DNA of 64,000 nt from Flavobacteriales bacterium (lineage in GTDB: Bacteria > Bacteroidota > Bacteroidia > Palsa-965): the NCBI GenBank assembly GCA_040377305.1, contig JBEIPA010000001.1, forward strand, positions 160,001 through 224,000, given 5' to 3'. Within the stretch, counting starts at the first letter, position 1; each line of letters opens with the position of its first letter. The notes beneath the pieces are model-generated. The model had not been told where the DNA came from. It did not search any database and saw nothing but the letters and a program-made list of their open reading frames with translations. Shown here one piece after another: positions 40,500 to 50,908 of this stretch. The translations under genes were made by a program, and so were the position numbers.

Positions 40500-41949
40500 G
40501 CTGAAGCAACATAGTCGATTCGATTATCGCCTCGCTCTCATTCCTGTTCTGGCTTGTTTAGCAATTTGTTCTAAGCTCTACAGTGGGTCGGAGAATGACT
40601 GGGTCATCGTTGCAGCTTGTGCATCACTTCCACTGCTCGTCTGGTTGGTTCTCGCGCAAACTGAAAAACTGACGTATCTGGTGATTGCCCTTATTCCGCT
40701 TTCAGTACCACTGAAGTTTGGAAATGCATCGGTTGGTTTTCCGAGCGAAGGTTTCATTGCGATGTTAGTTGCTTTCATTTTGCTTAACGGAGCTATCAAG
40801 CCATTCATTTCGCGTGACATAATCCGGCACCCACTGGTGGTTCTTTTACTTACCGAAATTGCATGGATGGCCCTCTGCGGAATTCTCAGCGATCAACCAT
40901 TGGTGAGCCTCAAACGTGTGTTTATGCGCGTGCTTTTCGTTCAACTCTTCGTGATATATGGTGCGCACATTCTGAATAAAAACAATGGACGTTATCATTT
41001 ATTGTTTTTGCTCTATTCCGTTGGAATGATTTGGCCTGTGATTCACTCATTCCTGTTTCATCAGAATTTCAATTTCACACAATCTACCGCCTACAGAATG
41101 TGTGCCCCGTTCTTTGTAGATCATACGATTTACGGAGCTTGCATAGCATTCGTTTTACCCATGTTACTAATCCTGACATTCGCCAATGAAAAAATTCGCT
41201 TGCGTGGCATTTTGCACTTCGGTGTCATCTTTCTGACATTACTGCTCATTGGGGCGGAAGTGCTGTCTTTCTCCCGTGCTGCCTGGGTGAGCCTGATTGT
41301 TGCTGCGGTGTTTGGAGTAATACTAATGTTTCGCGTAAGGCTTCGAAGTATTCTTATTTTTCTCGCATTAAGTGGTATCGTAGTCGGCATTTACAGCGAT
41401 CAGATTTATCAAGGCATCAGCAAGAACGAAGCAATCAGCAACAAAGGAGACATTGGCGATCACTTACTTTCTGCAACCAACGTTCAGTCTGATGCATCAA
41501 ACACAGAACGCATCAATCGCTGGATGTGTGCATGGAAAATGGCATTGGATAAACCCATTACCGGATACGGACCTGGTATGTATCAGTTCGAATACGGAAA
41601 ATATCAGGAGCGTATTCACATGACACGCATTAGTACGTTCTCCGGCAATCGTGGCCATGCGCATTCCGAATATTTCACACAGCTTTCAGAAACAGGATTC
41701 CCTGGAGCGATTCTTTTTTTGGTTCTGGTTTTCAGCGTGATTGGTTACGGAATGAAAGTTATTTACACTGAACAAGATGCTCGTTATAAATGGCTGCTCT
41801 ATGGCGTCGTATTGGGCATGATTACTTTCTACGTACATGGGATTTTCAACGCCTTCCTCGATGCCGATAAAATGGCAGTTCTTGTTTTCGGAAGCATTGC
41901 AGCAATCGTAGCGGCGGATATTCGTCAAAGAAAACAGCTCGCTAACTAG
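40492..41949 (+). CDS. O-antigen ligase/polymerase family protein
   Basis: Polytopic membrane protein; SFSRAAW, ERINRW, GYGPG, HAHSEY..SETGFPG. Confidence 0.88.
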   Translation: MTELKQHSRFDYRLALIPVLACLAICSKLYSGSENDWVIVAACASLPLLVWLVLAQTEKLTYLVIALIPLSVPLKFGNASVGFPSEGFIAMLVAFILLNGAIKPFISRDIIRHPLVVLLLTEIAWMALCGILSDQPLVSLKRVFMRVLFVQLFVIYGAHILNKNNGRYHLLFLLYSVGMIWPVIHSFLFHQNFNFTQSTAYRMCAPFFVDHTIYGACIAFVLPMLLILTFANEKIRLRGILHFGVIFLTLLLIGAEVLSFSRAAWVSLIVAAVFGVILMFRVRLRSILIFLALSGIVVGIYSDQIYQGISKNEAISNKGDIGDHLLSATNVQSDASNTERINRWMCAWKMALDKPITGYGPGMYQFEYGKYQERIHMTRISTFSGNRGHAHSEYFTQLSETGFPGAILFLVLVFSVIGYGMKVIYTEQDARYKWLLYGVVLGMITFYVHGIFNAFLDADKMAVLVFGSIAAIVAADIRQRKQLAN

Positions 41950-42019
41950 GAAATTGGTGTAAATCAGCCCTCTTACGAGCGGGGCGATTTTGTACTTTTG
42001 TACCCTAAAATTTCCTGCA

Positions 42020-43396
42020 GTGAATCCTTCAAAACTCGTCTTCGACAACATCATCGGTACAATCGGGAATACCCCGCTAGTCCGCCTCAATAATATCACG
42101 AAAGAGATCAACGCGAAAGTTTACGCGAAAGTGGAAACGTTCAATCCCGGCAACTCTATCAAAGATCGTATGGCGATCAAAATGATAGAAGATGCAGAGA
42201 AAGACGGGCGCTTAAAACCAGGCGGAACAATCATCGAAGGAACTTCAGGCAATACCGGAATGGGACTTGCGATTGGCGCAATTATCAAAGGTTACAAATG
42301 TATTTTCACTACTACCGACAAACAGTCGAAAGAAAAAGTAGATGCGTTGCGTGCATTCGGTGCTGAAGTAATTGTTTGTCCGACAAATGTTGATCCGGAA
42401 GATCCGCGTTCATACTATTCGGTTTCATCGCGATTGGAAAAAGATGTTCCGAATTCATGGAAACCGAATCAGTACGATAACCTTTCGAACTCGCAGGCGC
42501 ACTATGAACAAACCGGTCCGGAACTCTGGGATCAGACAGAAGGGAAAATCACGCACCTTGTTGTGGGTGTTGGAACAGGCGGAACGATATGCGGAACAGG
42601 AAAATATCTGAAAGAGAAAAATCCTAACATCAAAATTCTTGGTGTCGATACCTACGGCTCGGTGTTTAAGAAATACAAAGAGACAGGGATTTTCGACAAG
42701 AATGAAATTTATCCATACATCACAGAAGGAATCGGAGAAGATTTTCTGCCGAAGAACGTTGACTTCAGTATTATCGACCACTTCGAAAAAGTGACGGATA
42801 AAGATGCTGCAGTAATGACTCGTCGCATTACAAAAGAAGAAGGCATCTTCGCCGGCAACTCGGCTGGTTCCGCTATGGCAGGATTGATTCAAATGAGCCA
42901 AATGTTCGGACCGAATGATGTCGTGGTTGTAATCTTCCACGATCACGGCACACGTTATCTCGGCAAAATGTTCAACGACGATTGGATGCTTGAAAAAGGT
43001 TTTCTGGATCGCAAAGGCATGACCGCGAAAGATATTGTGTCGACGAACAAGCAATCGAAACTTTTAAGCGTTGAGCAGACCGACTCCATTGAGAAAGCGG
43101 TACGTTTCATGCGTGACCACGATTTCTCTCAGTTACCGGTTACTTCCGGCGGACGTATCATTGGCTCTCTCAACGAACAAAGCGTATTCGAATCAATCGT
43201 TAGCGATCCGGATAAGAAAGCAGACAGTGTTGAATCAATCATGAAACCGGCTTTCCCGTTTGCTGATATAACCACGCCGCTGGAGTCGCTATCCGAAATG
43301 ATTACTCCGGAGAATCCAGCAATTCTGGTGCGCGATTTCAAGACCGATAATACGTATATCATTACAAGACACGATATTATTAAGGCTTTGTGTTAG
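42020..43396 (+). CDS. cbs: Cystathionine beta-synthase (PLP domain + CBS pair)
   Basis: IGNTPLV, NPGNSIKDR, EGTSGNTG, GVGTGGT, C-terminal CBS domains (FSQLPV); GTG start inferred. Confidence 0.88.
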   Translation: MNPSKLVFDNIIGTIGNTPLVRLNNITKEINAKVYAKVETFNPGNSIKDRMAIKMIEDAEKDGRLKPGGTIIEGTSGNTGMGLAIGAIIKGYKCIFTTTDKQSKEKVDALRAFGAEVIVCPTNVDPEDPRSYYSVSSRLEKDVPNSWKPNQYDNLSNSQAHYEQTGPELWDQTEGKITHLVVGVGTGGTICGTGKYLKEKNPNIKILGVDTYGSVFKKYKETGIFDKNEIYPYITEGIGEDFLPKNVDFSIIDHFEKVTDKDAAVMTRRITKEEGIFAGNSAGSAMAGLIQMSQMFGPNDVVVVIFHDHGTRYLGKMFNDDWMLEKGFLDRKGMTAKDIVSTNKQSKLLSVEQTDSIEKAVRFMRDHDFSQLPVTSGGRIIGSLNEQSVFESIVSDPDKKADSVESIMKPAFPFADITTPLESLSEMITPENPAILVRDFKTDNTYIITRHDIIKALC

Positions 43397-43486
43397 CAAC
43401 AGGTTAAGTTGCTCTTCCTTTTAGTCTGAATAATCATCGGCCTGCTAACCGCTCGATTCCCCAAGTATTCGCTTATATTTGGATCA

Positions 43487-45919
43487 ATGCCTTTCCGCAT
43501 TGCCATACTACTTCTTTTTCTTGTTTCGCGTTTATCTGCGCAAATAAGTCCTGCAATTGATTCACTCGAAACATTGCTAGATGCTGAAAAAACAGAAGTA
43601 CGTAAGATCGAATTATACAACCTGTTGGCCGCAGAATACAAAAGCATCGATCCGTATAAAACACGTGAATACGCCAATACCGCTTACGAAATTGCATCCA
43701 GGCGAAACGACAAACGGGGACAGGCGGATGCGTTGCACAAGCGGGGAGTTAGTTACTACTACCTCGATTCATACGACACCGCTCTTAATTGTTATCGCCA
43801 GAGTTACCAGCTCGCAAAAGCGGCCGGCGACTCACTGTTAGTTGCCCAATCATATCTCGCAATTGGAAATGTATATCGCTTGCAGGGTTTGAATGATACC
43901 GCAGTGAGTTATTTATCGCGCGCACTGAAACTCTACGAAGCGGCAGGCGATCAGAAAAACATTGCTTTCTGCATGAGTACCATTGGCGATACGTACTTGT
44001 TTGCCGGTGAATTCGACAAAGCATTGAAGTATCACCTGGATGCATTGAAAATTGCCATTGCACTAAAGGATGAACACCGCGAAGCATTTTGTTACAGCAG
44101 TATTGGTAACAACTATCACATGCGCGGCAAATTTGATACGTCCATCGTTTATCACACGAAATCAATTGAAGTTGCTCAGCGTGTAAATGAAGAAAATATT
44201 ATGGCTGGTAGTATGGGCGTTGTGGCCGATGCTTATGCAAATCTTTACAACTACCCCAAGGCAATTGAAACGTATCTGGCCGCACTCGACATCGCAGAAA
44301 AGAAACAGGACAAACACAACACGGCATTCATCTACGCTGGCATGAGCGACATTTATTCACGTCAAGGTGATTTTGTCAACGCGGAGAAATATCTCAACAT
44401 GAGTATTACTCTTTCGTTGGAAATTGGCGACTTAAGCCGATCCTCGAATGGAGAATTGACGATGGCGCAACTGCTCATGGAGAAGGGTGATACAGCACAG
44501 GCGCGGCTATCGGCAGAAAAGGCACTGCAAACAGCAATCGACAACAACTATCCTATTCAGCAGGCGTGGGCATTGCGTTTAAAAGGCATCCTCAAAGAAA
44601 GAGAGAACAATCTGGATGTAGCAATTGATTACTACCGCAGTTCGCTCAAGTTATCTACCGAACTTCTGGATCAGAAAGAGCAGGCAGAAACGCACAAAGT
44701 ATTGGCGAATGCACTTTACAAGACCGGAAAAAACGAAGAAGCAATTTCTGAAGCCTACATCGCATTTCTGCTGGCAGATACTATCGGTTCAACCGGACTT
44801 CGGATGGAGTCGGCAGATATATTAAGTAAAGCATACGAGAAGAAAGGTGATTTTCAAAATGCCCTTGTGTATTCACGCATCGTAAAAATGCTGAACGACT
44901 CACTGAATGATGCGGGCAATGCAAAACGTCAGGCGGAGCTATTTGCCGAATATGAAAATGAAAAAGACAAAGCAATACAGGATCAGCTGAATGCCGAGCA
45001 GGAAGCTAAATTTCAGCAGCAGAAAATTCTTACGATTGCGGCAAGTGTAGGTTTACTTCTTGTGATCGTGTTGGCAGTTTTCATTTTCCGGGGTTCTCAA
45101 CAAAAGCAACGTGCGAATGAAATCATCTCCGAACAAAAGAAAATTGTAGAAGAAAAAAATCAGGAGATTACGGATAGTATTCATTACGCAAAGAACATTC
45201 AGCTGGCCATGCTTCCTGCAACGGAACTGATCGAAGAATTGTTCAATGAGCATTTCGTGTTCTTTCGTCCGCGCGATATTGTGAGTGGAGATTTCTATTG
45301 GGTTGGACAACGTAACGGAATGAAATACTTTGCTGTTGCAGATTGCACCGGTCATGGTGTTCCGGGTGGATTCATGAGCATGCTTGGAATTACTTTGCTC
45401 AATGAAATTCTGGACGAGAAGAACATTCTTACGCCGGAGAAAATGCTTAATGAGTTGCGGATGCTCGTCATTCAGTCATTAAACAAAGAACGAAAAGCCG
45501 GAACGCAATTTACCCGCGATGGAATGGATATCGCTCTGATTAGTTTGGATACCAATTCGAACAAGTTGTACTTCAGCGGAGCCAATAACGGTATTTACAT
45601 TTTGCGTGGGCAGGAATTTCTGGAACTGGAACCAGACAAGCAACCAATTGGGGCATACGAAAATGAAAAACCATTTACGCTGAAAGAATTTGATGTTCAG
45701 CCGAACGACGTGATCATTGCTTACTCCGATGGATATCCGGATCAGTTTGGTGGAGCCAGAGGAAAAAAACTGATGTATCGTCAATTCAGGCAGATCATCG
45801 TGAATACAGTTGCTGTTCCAAACGATCGTCGCGTGGCATATCTCGATAACGAATTTGATCGATGGAAAGCAGGTCACGCGCAAATCGACGACGTGTGTGT
45901 GTTCGGAGTGAAAGTCTAG
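43487..45919 (+). CDS. TPR-repeat sensor + TM + SpoIIE/PP2C phosphatase
   Basis: Signal peptide, multiple TPRs, TM, RDIVSGDFYW, DCTGHGVPG, DGMD, DDVCV. Confidence 0.9.
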   Translation: MPFRIAILLLFLVSRLSAQISPAIDSLETLLDAEKTEVRKIELYNLLAAEYKSIDPYKTREYANTAYEIASRRNDKRGQADALHKRGVSYYYLDSYDTALNCYRQSYQLAKAAGDSLLVAQSYLAIGNVYRLQGLNDTAVSYLSRALKLYEAAGDQKNIAFCMSTIGDTYLFAGEFDKALKYHLDALKIAIALKDEHREAFCYSSIGNNYHMRGKFDTSIVYHTKSIEVAQRVNEENIMAGSMGVVADAYANLYNYPKAIETYLAALDIAEKKQDKHNTAFIYAGMSDIYSRQGDFVNAEKYLNMSITLSLEIGDLSRSSNGELTMAQLLMEKGDTAQARLSAEKALQTAIDNNYPIQQAWALRLKGILKERENNLDVAIDYYRSSLKLSTELLDQKEQAETHKVLANALYKTGKNEEAISEAYIAFLLADTIGSTGLRMESADILSKAYEKKGDFQNALVYSRIVKMLNDSLNDAGNAKRQAELFAEYENEKDKAIQDQLNAEQEAKFQQQKILTIAASVGLLLVIVLAVFIFRGSQQKQRANEIISEQKKIVEEKNQEITDSIHYAKNIQLAMLPATELIEELFNEHFVFFRPRDIVSGDFYWVGQRNGMKYFAVADCTGHGVPGGFMSMLGITLLNEILDEKNILTPEKMLNELRMLVIQSLNKERKAGTQFTRDGMDIALISLDTNSNKLYFSGANNGIYILRGQEFLELEPDKQPIGAYENEKPFTLKEFDVQPNDVIIAYSDGYPDQFGGARGKKLMYRQFRQIIVNTVAVPNDRRVAYLDNEFDRWKAGHAQIDDVCVFGVKV

Positions 45920-45921
45920 CC

Positions 45922-46734
45922 ATGGAATTTCCATACACGTTCATTGATCAGATGAGGCATGAGGTAAAACTCAGTGCTCCTCCGAATCGTATTATCTCGC
46001 TTGTTCCTTCACAAACAGAATTACTTCACGACCTCGGTCTCGGGGAAGAAGTTGTTGGCATTACCAAATTCTGTATTCACCCCGAAGCGTGGTTCCGAAA
46101 CAAGACGCGTGTTGGTGGCACGAAACAATATCACCTCGATAAAATTGCATTGTTGAAGCCGGATCTCATCATCGGCAACAAGGAAGAGAATGATGAAGAG
46201 CAGATTCGTCGGCTTCAGAAAGACTTTCCAGTTTGGATGAGCGACATTCACAATCTGGGTGAAGCCCTGGAAATGATTCGTCACATCGGCGTACTTACTA
46301 CCCGACAGGAAAAGGCTGAATGGATTGCGCACACTGTCAAGTCGGAATTTGATTTGCTCGAACAGAAAATGTCGGGCATGCGATCACTGAATGTTGCATA
46401 TCTCATCTGGCGAAATCCATACATGGGAGCAGGTCCCGACACATTTATCGATTCCATGCTTCAGCGGCTGCGCATGAATAATGTTCTGACGTCAGGTCGC
46501 TATCCGGAAACCACGATTGACGAACTGAAAGAACTTTCTCCGGAAGTAGTGCTGTTGTCGTCAGAGCCCTATCCGTTCAAAGAACAGCATGTGCACGAGA
46601 TACAAGCTGCTATCCCCGGTGCAATCGTAGTGCTCGTCGATGGGGAAATGTTTTCCTGGTATGGTTCACGTTTGTTAAAAGCCCCTTCGTATTTCCTGAA
46701 TGTTATTTCCCGGATTCACGAGGCAACCCGGTAG
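45922..46734 (+). CDS. Helical-backbone metal receptor (BtuF-like cobalamin/Fe-siderophore binding protein)
   Basis: RIISLVPSQTELL, VGITKFCIHP, VGGTK, NKEEN, VDGEMFSWYG. Confidence 0.88.
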   Translation: MEFPYTFIDQMRHEVKLSAPPNRIISLVPSQTELLHDLGLGEEVVGITKFCIHPEAWFRNKTRVGGTKQYHLDKIALLKPDLIIGNKEENDEEQIRRLQKDFPVWMSDIHNLGEALEMIRHIGVLTTRQEKAEWIAHTVKSEFDLLEQKMSGMRSLNVAYLIWRNPYMGAGPDTFIDSMLQRLRMNNVLTSGRYPETTIDELKELSPEVVLLSSEPYPFKEQHVHEIQAAIPGAIVVLVDGEMFSWYGSRLLKAPSYFLNVISRIHEATR

Positions 46735-46844
46735 AGAAACGTACGTCTTTCGCTGCTGTTTTAACAATTCCTAATTCTTAATTGTACATCGGAAGCTCGC
46801 TTGTGAGGAGCTAGTCGAAGGATCGAATTCGTATCTTTATCCTG

Positions 46845-49160
46845 ATGTTGAGAATTCCGCTAGCTCTCATTTTTCTACTCTCATTTTCACTTTCTGCATG
46901 GTGCCAACCGGAACCTGTAAGAAAAGAAAAAGTGGGCGTTGTTTTGAGCGGCGGGGGCGCAAGCGGATTGGCACACATTGGCGTTCTGCGTTGTCTCGAA
47001 GAGAATGGTATTCCTATTGACTACATCTGTGGAACATCGATGGGTGCATTGATCGGTTCACTGTATTGTCAGGGTTACACTCCCGACGAAATTCAGGAAC
47101 TAATCGTGTCCGATGAATTCAACAGCTGGGCTAACGGAATCATCGAACCACAATACGTTTATTACTTCAAGAAAAAAGAAGACAACGCATCGTGGATCAC
47201 TTTCAAAATTTCTCCGGATACAACGTTAAGTACTAGTCTTCCAACGAATTTGATTTCTCCGTTGCCCATGGATTACGCGCTGATGGAGAGAACCGCTGGT
47301 GCATCTGCTGCATGCGGATATAATTTCGACAGTCTATTCTGCCCCTTCCGCTGCGTTGCTTCTGATGTTGCGAAAAAAGAATCCGTTGTTTTCCGTTCCG
47401 GCGATTTAGGTCAGGCGGTTCGCGCCTCAATGTCCTATCCGTTTTATCTGAAACCGATTCGTGTAAACGGCGCCCTGTTGTTCGATGGCGGATTGTACAA
47501 CAACTTTCCAAGCAATGTGATGTACCAGGACTTCTTTCCGGATTTCATCATCGGAAGTAATGTGGCTTCAGAATTTCCAGATCCGGATGAAGACAATCTT
47601 TTTTCTCAGGTTAGAGCAATGCTTACGAGCCCGACAGATTTCGAGCCGGTGTGTGAGAACGGTGTTATCATTGAACCCGATGCAGATTGGGCTGGGCTGT
47701 TCGACTTCGATCAGGCACAACGCTTGATTGACAGTGGATACGCAGCATGTAAACGAAAACTGGAAACCATTTGCGTTAACTTACAACACCGCGCCGATTC
47801 AGCCGATCTTGCTGCACGTCGCGCTGCTTTCAGAGCCAAGCAACCTCCGTTGGTATTCGACAACATCGAAATCGAAGGTCCGGGAATTAAAAAAGCGCAG
47901 GAGACGTACGTTCGCAAAATGCTTCGACATAACGAACGTTACGTGCCTAACAGCAAGTTGAAGACTGGATATTTTCGTCTCGCTGCGGATGATCAAATAC
48001 AATCCATCTATCCGCTTGCACGCTACAACACTTCCACAGGTTATTACGATTTGCGTTTGACGATCAGGAAAGAGAAAAATCTCTTCACGCAATTCGGCGG
48101 CAACTTTTCGAACCGACCCATAAACATGGGCTTCATTGGTATGCAATATAATTTCTTTGGTAATCCATCAGTGAGCATTAATGCAAATGGTTACTTCGGA
48201 AAACTGTATAGTGGTGCAATGGTAAAAGCGCGTTTCGATTTTCCGACGCGACTTCCGTTTTACATTGAACCATCATTCACCTGGAACCGTTTCGATTTCT
48301 ATAAGAGTACACCAACTTATTTTATTGACACCAAGCCGCCGTTCCTTGTGCACATTGATCGTATGGGTGAAATCTGTTTTGGAATGCCAATCAAGCGAAA
48401 GTCGCGACTCGTAGTTGGTTCTGGTGGTGGTTTCACCCGCTTCCTCTATTATCAGACTGATGCGTTTATATCCAGCGACACTTCCGACAGAACCGATCTC
48501 AATTATGTTTCGACCTATCTCCTGTTCGAACGCAATACACTCAACCGAAAACAATACGCGAGTGCAGGAACACACCTTGCATTCTGCGCGCGTTTTGTGC
48601 AGGCAGAAGAATTCTATGTGCCGGGAACAACTTCTCCTTTCATCGACGCATATCGTGCAATTCACAACTGGGTGCAGTTCAAAGCTTCTTACGACACGTA
48701 CTTCAAGGAGAAAGGCAAATGGAGACTCGGATTCCTGGGGGAAGTGGTGTACTCGTTCCAGCCATTCCTCAGTAACTATACCGCAAGTATTCTTTGTACG
48801 CCGGGGTTTCAGCCGACGCCCGACAGCAAAACACTATTCATTCCCACTTTACATGCTCACCAATATGGAGCAGCAGGATTGAAAAGCATATTCGTGATCT
48901 GGAAAAACGTCGATTGGCGGTTGGAGGGTTATGTTTTTGCTCCATATCAGGCGCTACGCGAAAAATCGGACCACACCGTTGAATATGCAGCACCACTTGC
49001 AATCGCAGACATGACCTACATCGGCATGACAGGACTTGTATGGCATTCTCCGCTCGGTCCGGTGAGTGCAAGCGTTAACTACTACAGCAGTCGTGAGGAA
49101 CCACTCAGCTTCCTGATTCACTTCGGGTATATTATCTTCAATAAGAAAGCGCTGGAATAA
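46845..49160 (+). CDS. Patatin-like phospholipase + POTRA-like + beta-barrel (PlpD/type Vd-like)
   Basis: LSGGGASG, GTSMG, DGG; C-terminal amphipathic strands ending SPLGPVS..FGYIIF. Confidence 0.88.
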   Translation: MLRIPLALIFLLSFSLSAWCQPEPVRKEKVGVVLSGGGASGLAHIGVLRCLEENGIPIDYICGTSMGALIGSLYCQGYTPDEIQELIVSDEFNSWANGIIEPQYVYYFKKKEDNASWITFKISPDTTLSTSLPTNLISPLPMDYALMERTAGASAACGYNFDSLFCPFRCVASDVAKKESVVFRSGDLGQAVRASMSYPFYLKPIRVNGALLFDGGLYNNFPSNVMYQDFFPDFIIGSNVASEFPDPDEDNLFSQVRAMLTSPTDFEPVCENGVIIEPDADWAGLFDFDQAQRLIDSGYAACKRKLETICVNLQHRADSADLAARRAAFRAKQPPLVFDNIEIEGPGIKKAQETYVRKMLRHNERYVPNSKLKTGYFRLAADDQIQSIYPLARYNTSTGYYDLRLTIRKEKNLFTQFGGNFSNRPINMGFIGMQYNFFGNPSVSINANGYFGKLYSGAMVKARFDFPTRLPFYIEPSFTWNRFDFYKSTPTYFIDTKPPFLVHIDRMGEICFGMPIKRKSRLVVGSGGGFTRFLYYQTDAFISSDTSDRTDLNYVSTYLLFERNTLNRKQYASAGTHLAFCARFVQAEEFYVPGTTSPFIDAYRAIHNWVQFKASYDTYFKEKGKWRLGFLGEVVYSFQPFLSNYTASILCTPGFQPTPDSKTLFIPTLHAHQYGAAGLKSIFVIWKNVDWRLEGYVFAPYQALREKSDHTVEYAAPLAIADMTYIGMTGLVWHSPLGPVSASVNYYSSREEPLSFLIHFGYIIFNKKALE

Positions 49161-49246
49161 AATGTATTCTCACCGGGCAATGAACGTCGGGAAATGCGAA
49201 CTGATAATCCTACAGAATTTCTCTGATCGGTAACGTTCGGATTCGA

Positions 49247-49921
49247 TCAGAAAAAAAGCTCCGTGAAAATTGAAATTACCAACGCAGCAATCAACGCACA
49301 GATCACGAACACAATAGTCAGCAAGCCAATGCCAGCAGCTGCAATGCCTTTGTTCTTCACAACTGTTTCATCTTTCGGCTGCTTAACTACAGGCTCGCGC
49401 GGATAGAGAAACGAAGCGAGCATGATGCAGAGAATACAACAGACAAATGCACCAACGATAAACACTCCAACTGGTGGTGCCGTTCCTTTGATGAACAAAC
49501 CGGCCATTGCAACAAGAAAAAAAATTGCACCAGCTACACCGGCACCAACCGCCTGATTCTTGTCTTTCTTGATTGGTGCAGGTGACTTTGATTTTTCTGA
49601 ATGTACCAGAACTTCTTCCGGTGTTTCCTGTTCGCTCTTCCCTGCAACAACATTCGGCAAGGCGCGATCTGCAGTCAGAGAAAGTTCATCTTGCTCCTTC
49701 GCGATTACTACTGTTGACGTCGTATCCGAGACGCGCAGAATTCGCGTTAGTAATGTCTGCGCTGCTGTGGGTTCATGTACCGAAGCAACTTCCGATTTCT
49801 CAGGTACATTTCGATTCCGGTCAACGTAAAATCCATCACGGTAATGTCGTTTCTCAATAGTGCAGGAAGTTAATCCCACAATGAGCAGTAGAACAATTCC
49901 GAAAATGAATTTCCCTCTCAT
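49247..49921 (-). CDS. Hypothetical lipoprotein-like membrane protein
   Basis: Lipobox LTSC followed by TIEKRHYRDGFYV; three C-terminal hydrophobic helices. Confidence 0.7.
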   Translation of the reverse strand: MRGKFIFGIVLLLIVGLTSCTIEKRHYRDGFYVDRNRNVPEKSEVASVHEPTAAQTLLTRILRVSDTTSTVVIAKEQDELSLTADRALPNVVAGKSEQETPEEVLVHSEKSKSPAPIKKDKNQAVGAGVAGAIFFLVAMAGLFIKGTAPPVGVFIVGAFVCCILCIMLASFLYPREPVVKQPKDETVVKNKGIAAAGIGLLTIVFVICALIAALVISIFTELFF

Positions 49922-49965
49922 GCGGTAAATTTTACTCCTGCCTTACTACTGTAGTCTGTCGTCAC

Positions 49966-50286
49966 TTACGCCATTCCCTTCGTGTTCCCGAAGTTCATCG
50001 GAAATGCACTCGAGAATTCTGTGTCATTGATCGGACCATTCGCACTTTCAAAGCGTGTGATGTTTTCTTTCAACGCCTTCATCAAACGCTTTGCATGCTG
50101 TGGTGTAAGTATGATGCGCGACTTCACGCGTGCTTTGGGTACGCCCGGCATTACCTGGATGAAATCAAGTATGAACTCAGAATTTGAGTGAGTGATAATT
50201 GCGAGATTGGAATAAGTTCCGCCTGCAACGTCTTCTCCGAGCTCAATATTCATTTGCTGTTGTTGCGGTTGTTCTTCGTTTGCCAT
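49966..50286 (-). CDS. DUF3467 family protein
   Basis: GTYSNLAIITHS.SEFILDF..MPGVPKARVKSRIILTPQHAKRL. Confidence 0.9.
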   Translation of the reverse strand: MANEEQPQQQQMNIELGEDVAGGTYSNLAIITHSNSEFILDFIQVMPGVPKARVKSRIILTPQHAKRLMKALKENITRFESANGPINDTEFSSAFPMNFGNTKGMA

Positions 50287-50320
50287 GTTAGTGCTTTTTA
50301 GTGTCCCGAAGATAGTGAAA

Positions 50321-50363
50321 CAGTAGGCAGTAGTGCAGTAGTGCAGTAGTGCGGTAGGCAGTC
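50321..50363. repeat. Left tandem array of 7-8 bp units (CAGTAGG/CAGTAGTG)
   Basis: cagtagg-cagtagtg-cagtagtg-cagtagtg-cggtagg-cagtc. Confidence 0.85.
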
Positions 50364-50518
50364 AAAAAAGTGGAGAATGGGAATTAACTGGTAAATCGCT
50401 GAAATTCAATGCGATTATCCGTTTACAAACGTTTACAATCACTTACAACCGACTACAAATGTTTATTACCCGACTATTCAATTGCCACTGAAATAGGTTT
50501 GCGGAAAAATCAAACTCT

Positions 50519-50899
50519 ATGGCACAAATTAAAGGTTACCGCTCGCTTATTGCTTATCAGAAGTCATTCGCAATGGGAACAGCAATTTTTAAACTGACTG
50601 AAAATTTTCCAAAGGATGAGCAATTTGAACTCACCAGTCAAATCCGCAGATCGTCACGTTCTGTGGGAGCTAATCTTGTAGAAGGCTACCGCAAGCGCAA
50701 GTATCCCAAAATGTTTCTTAATAAATTAAATACCTCTGACGGCGAATGTTCCGAAACAATTTACTGGTTGGAAGTAGCGCTTGCATGTGAATACATTTCC
50801 CAAACAGAATTCGAAAAGTATGAATCAATCCTGGATGAAGTCGGAGCTTTACTCGGATCGATGATCAAAGCACCAGAGAAGTTCGCTCCTCGCTCGTAA
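50519..50899 (+). CDS. Four-helix-bundle protein (TIGR02436 / 23S rRNA-IVP-like)
   Basis: YRSLIAYQKS, FPKDEQFELTSQIRRSSRSVGANLVEG, GECSETIYWL. Confidence 0.92.
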   Translation: MAQIKGYRSLIAYQKSFAMGTAIFKLTENFPKDEQFELTSQIRRSSRSVGANLVEGYRKRKYPKMFLNKLNTSDGECSETIYWLEVALACEYISQTEFEKYESILDEVGALLGSMIKAPEKFAPRS

Positions 50900-50908
50900 A
50901 CTTATCCT

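Noticed and set aside
19190-46734. Long N-terminal extensions in the track (M1 peptidase, valS, namZ, wzz, BtuF-like, second CTD protein)
   Set aside because: Downstream ATGs give proper signal peptides or family-typical starts; the extensions run through promoters, repeats or neighbouring genes.
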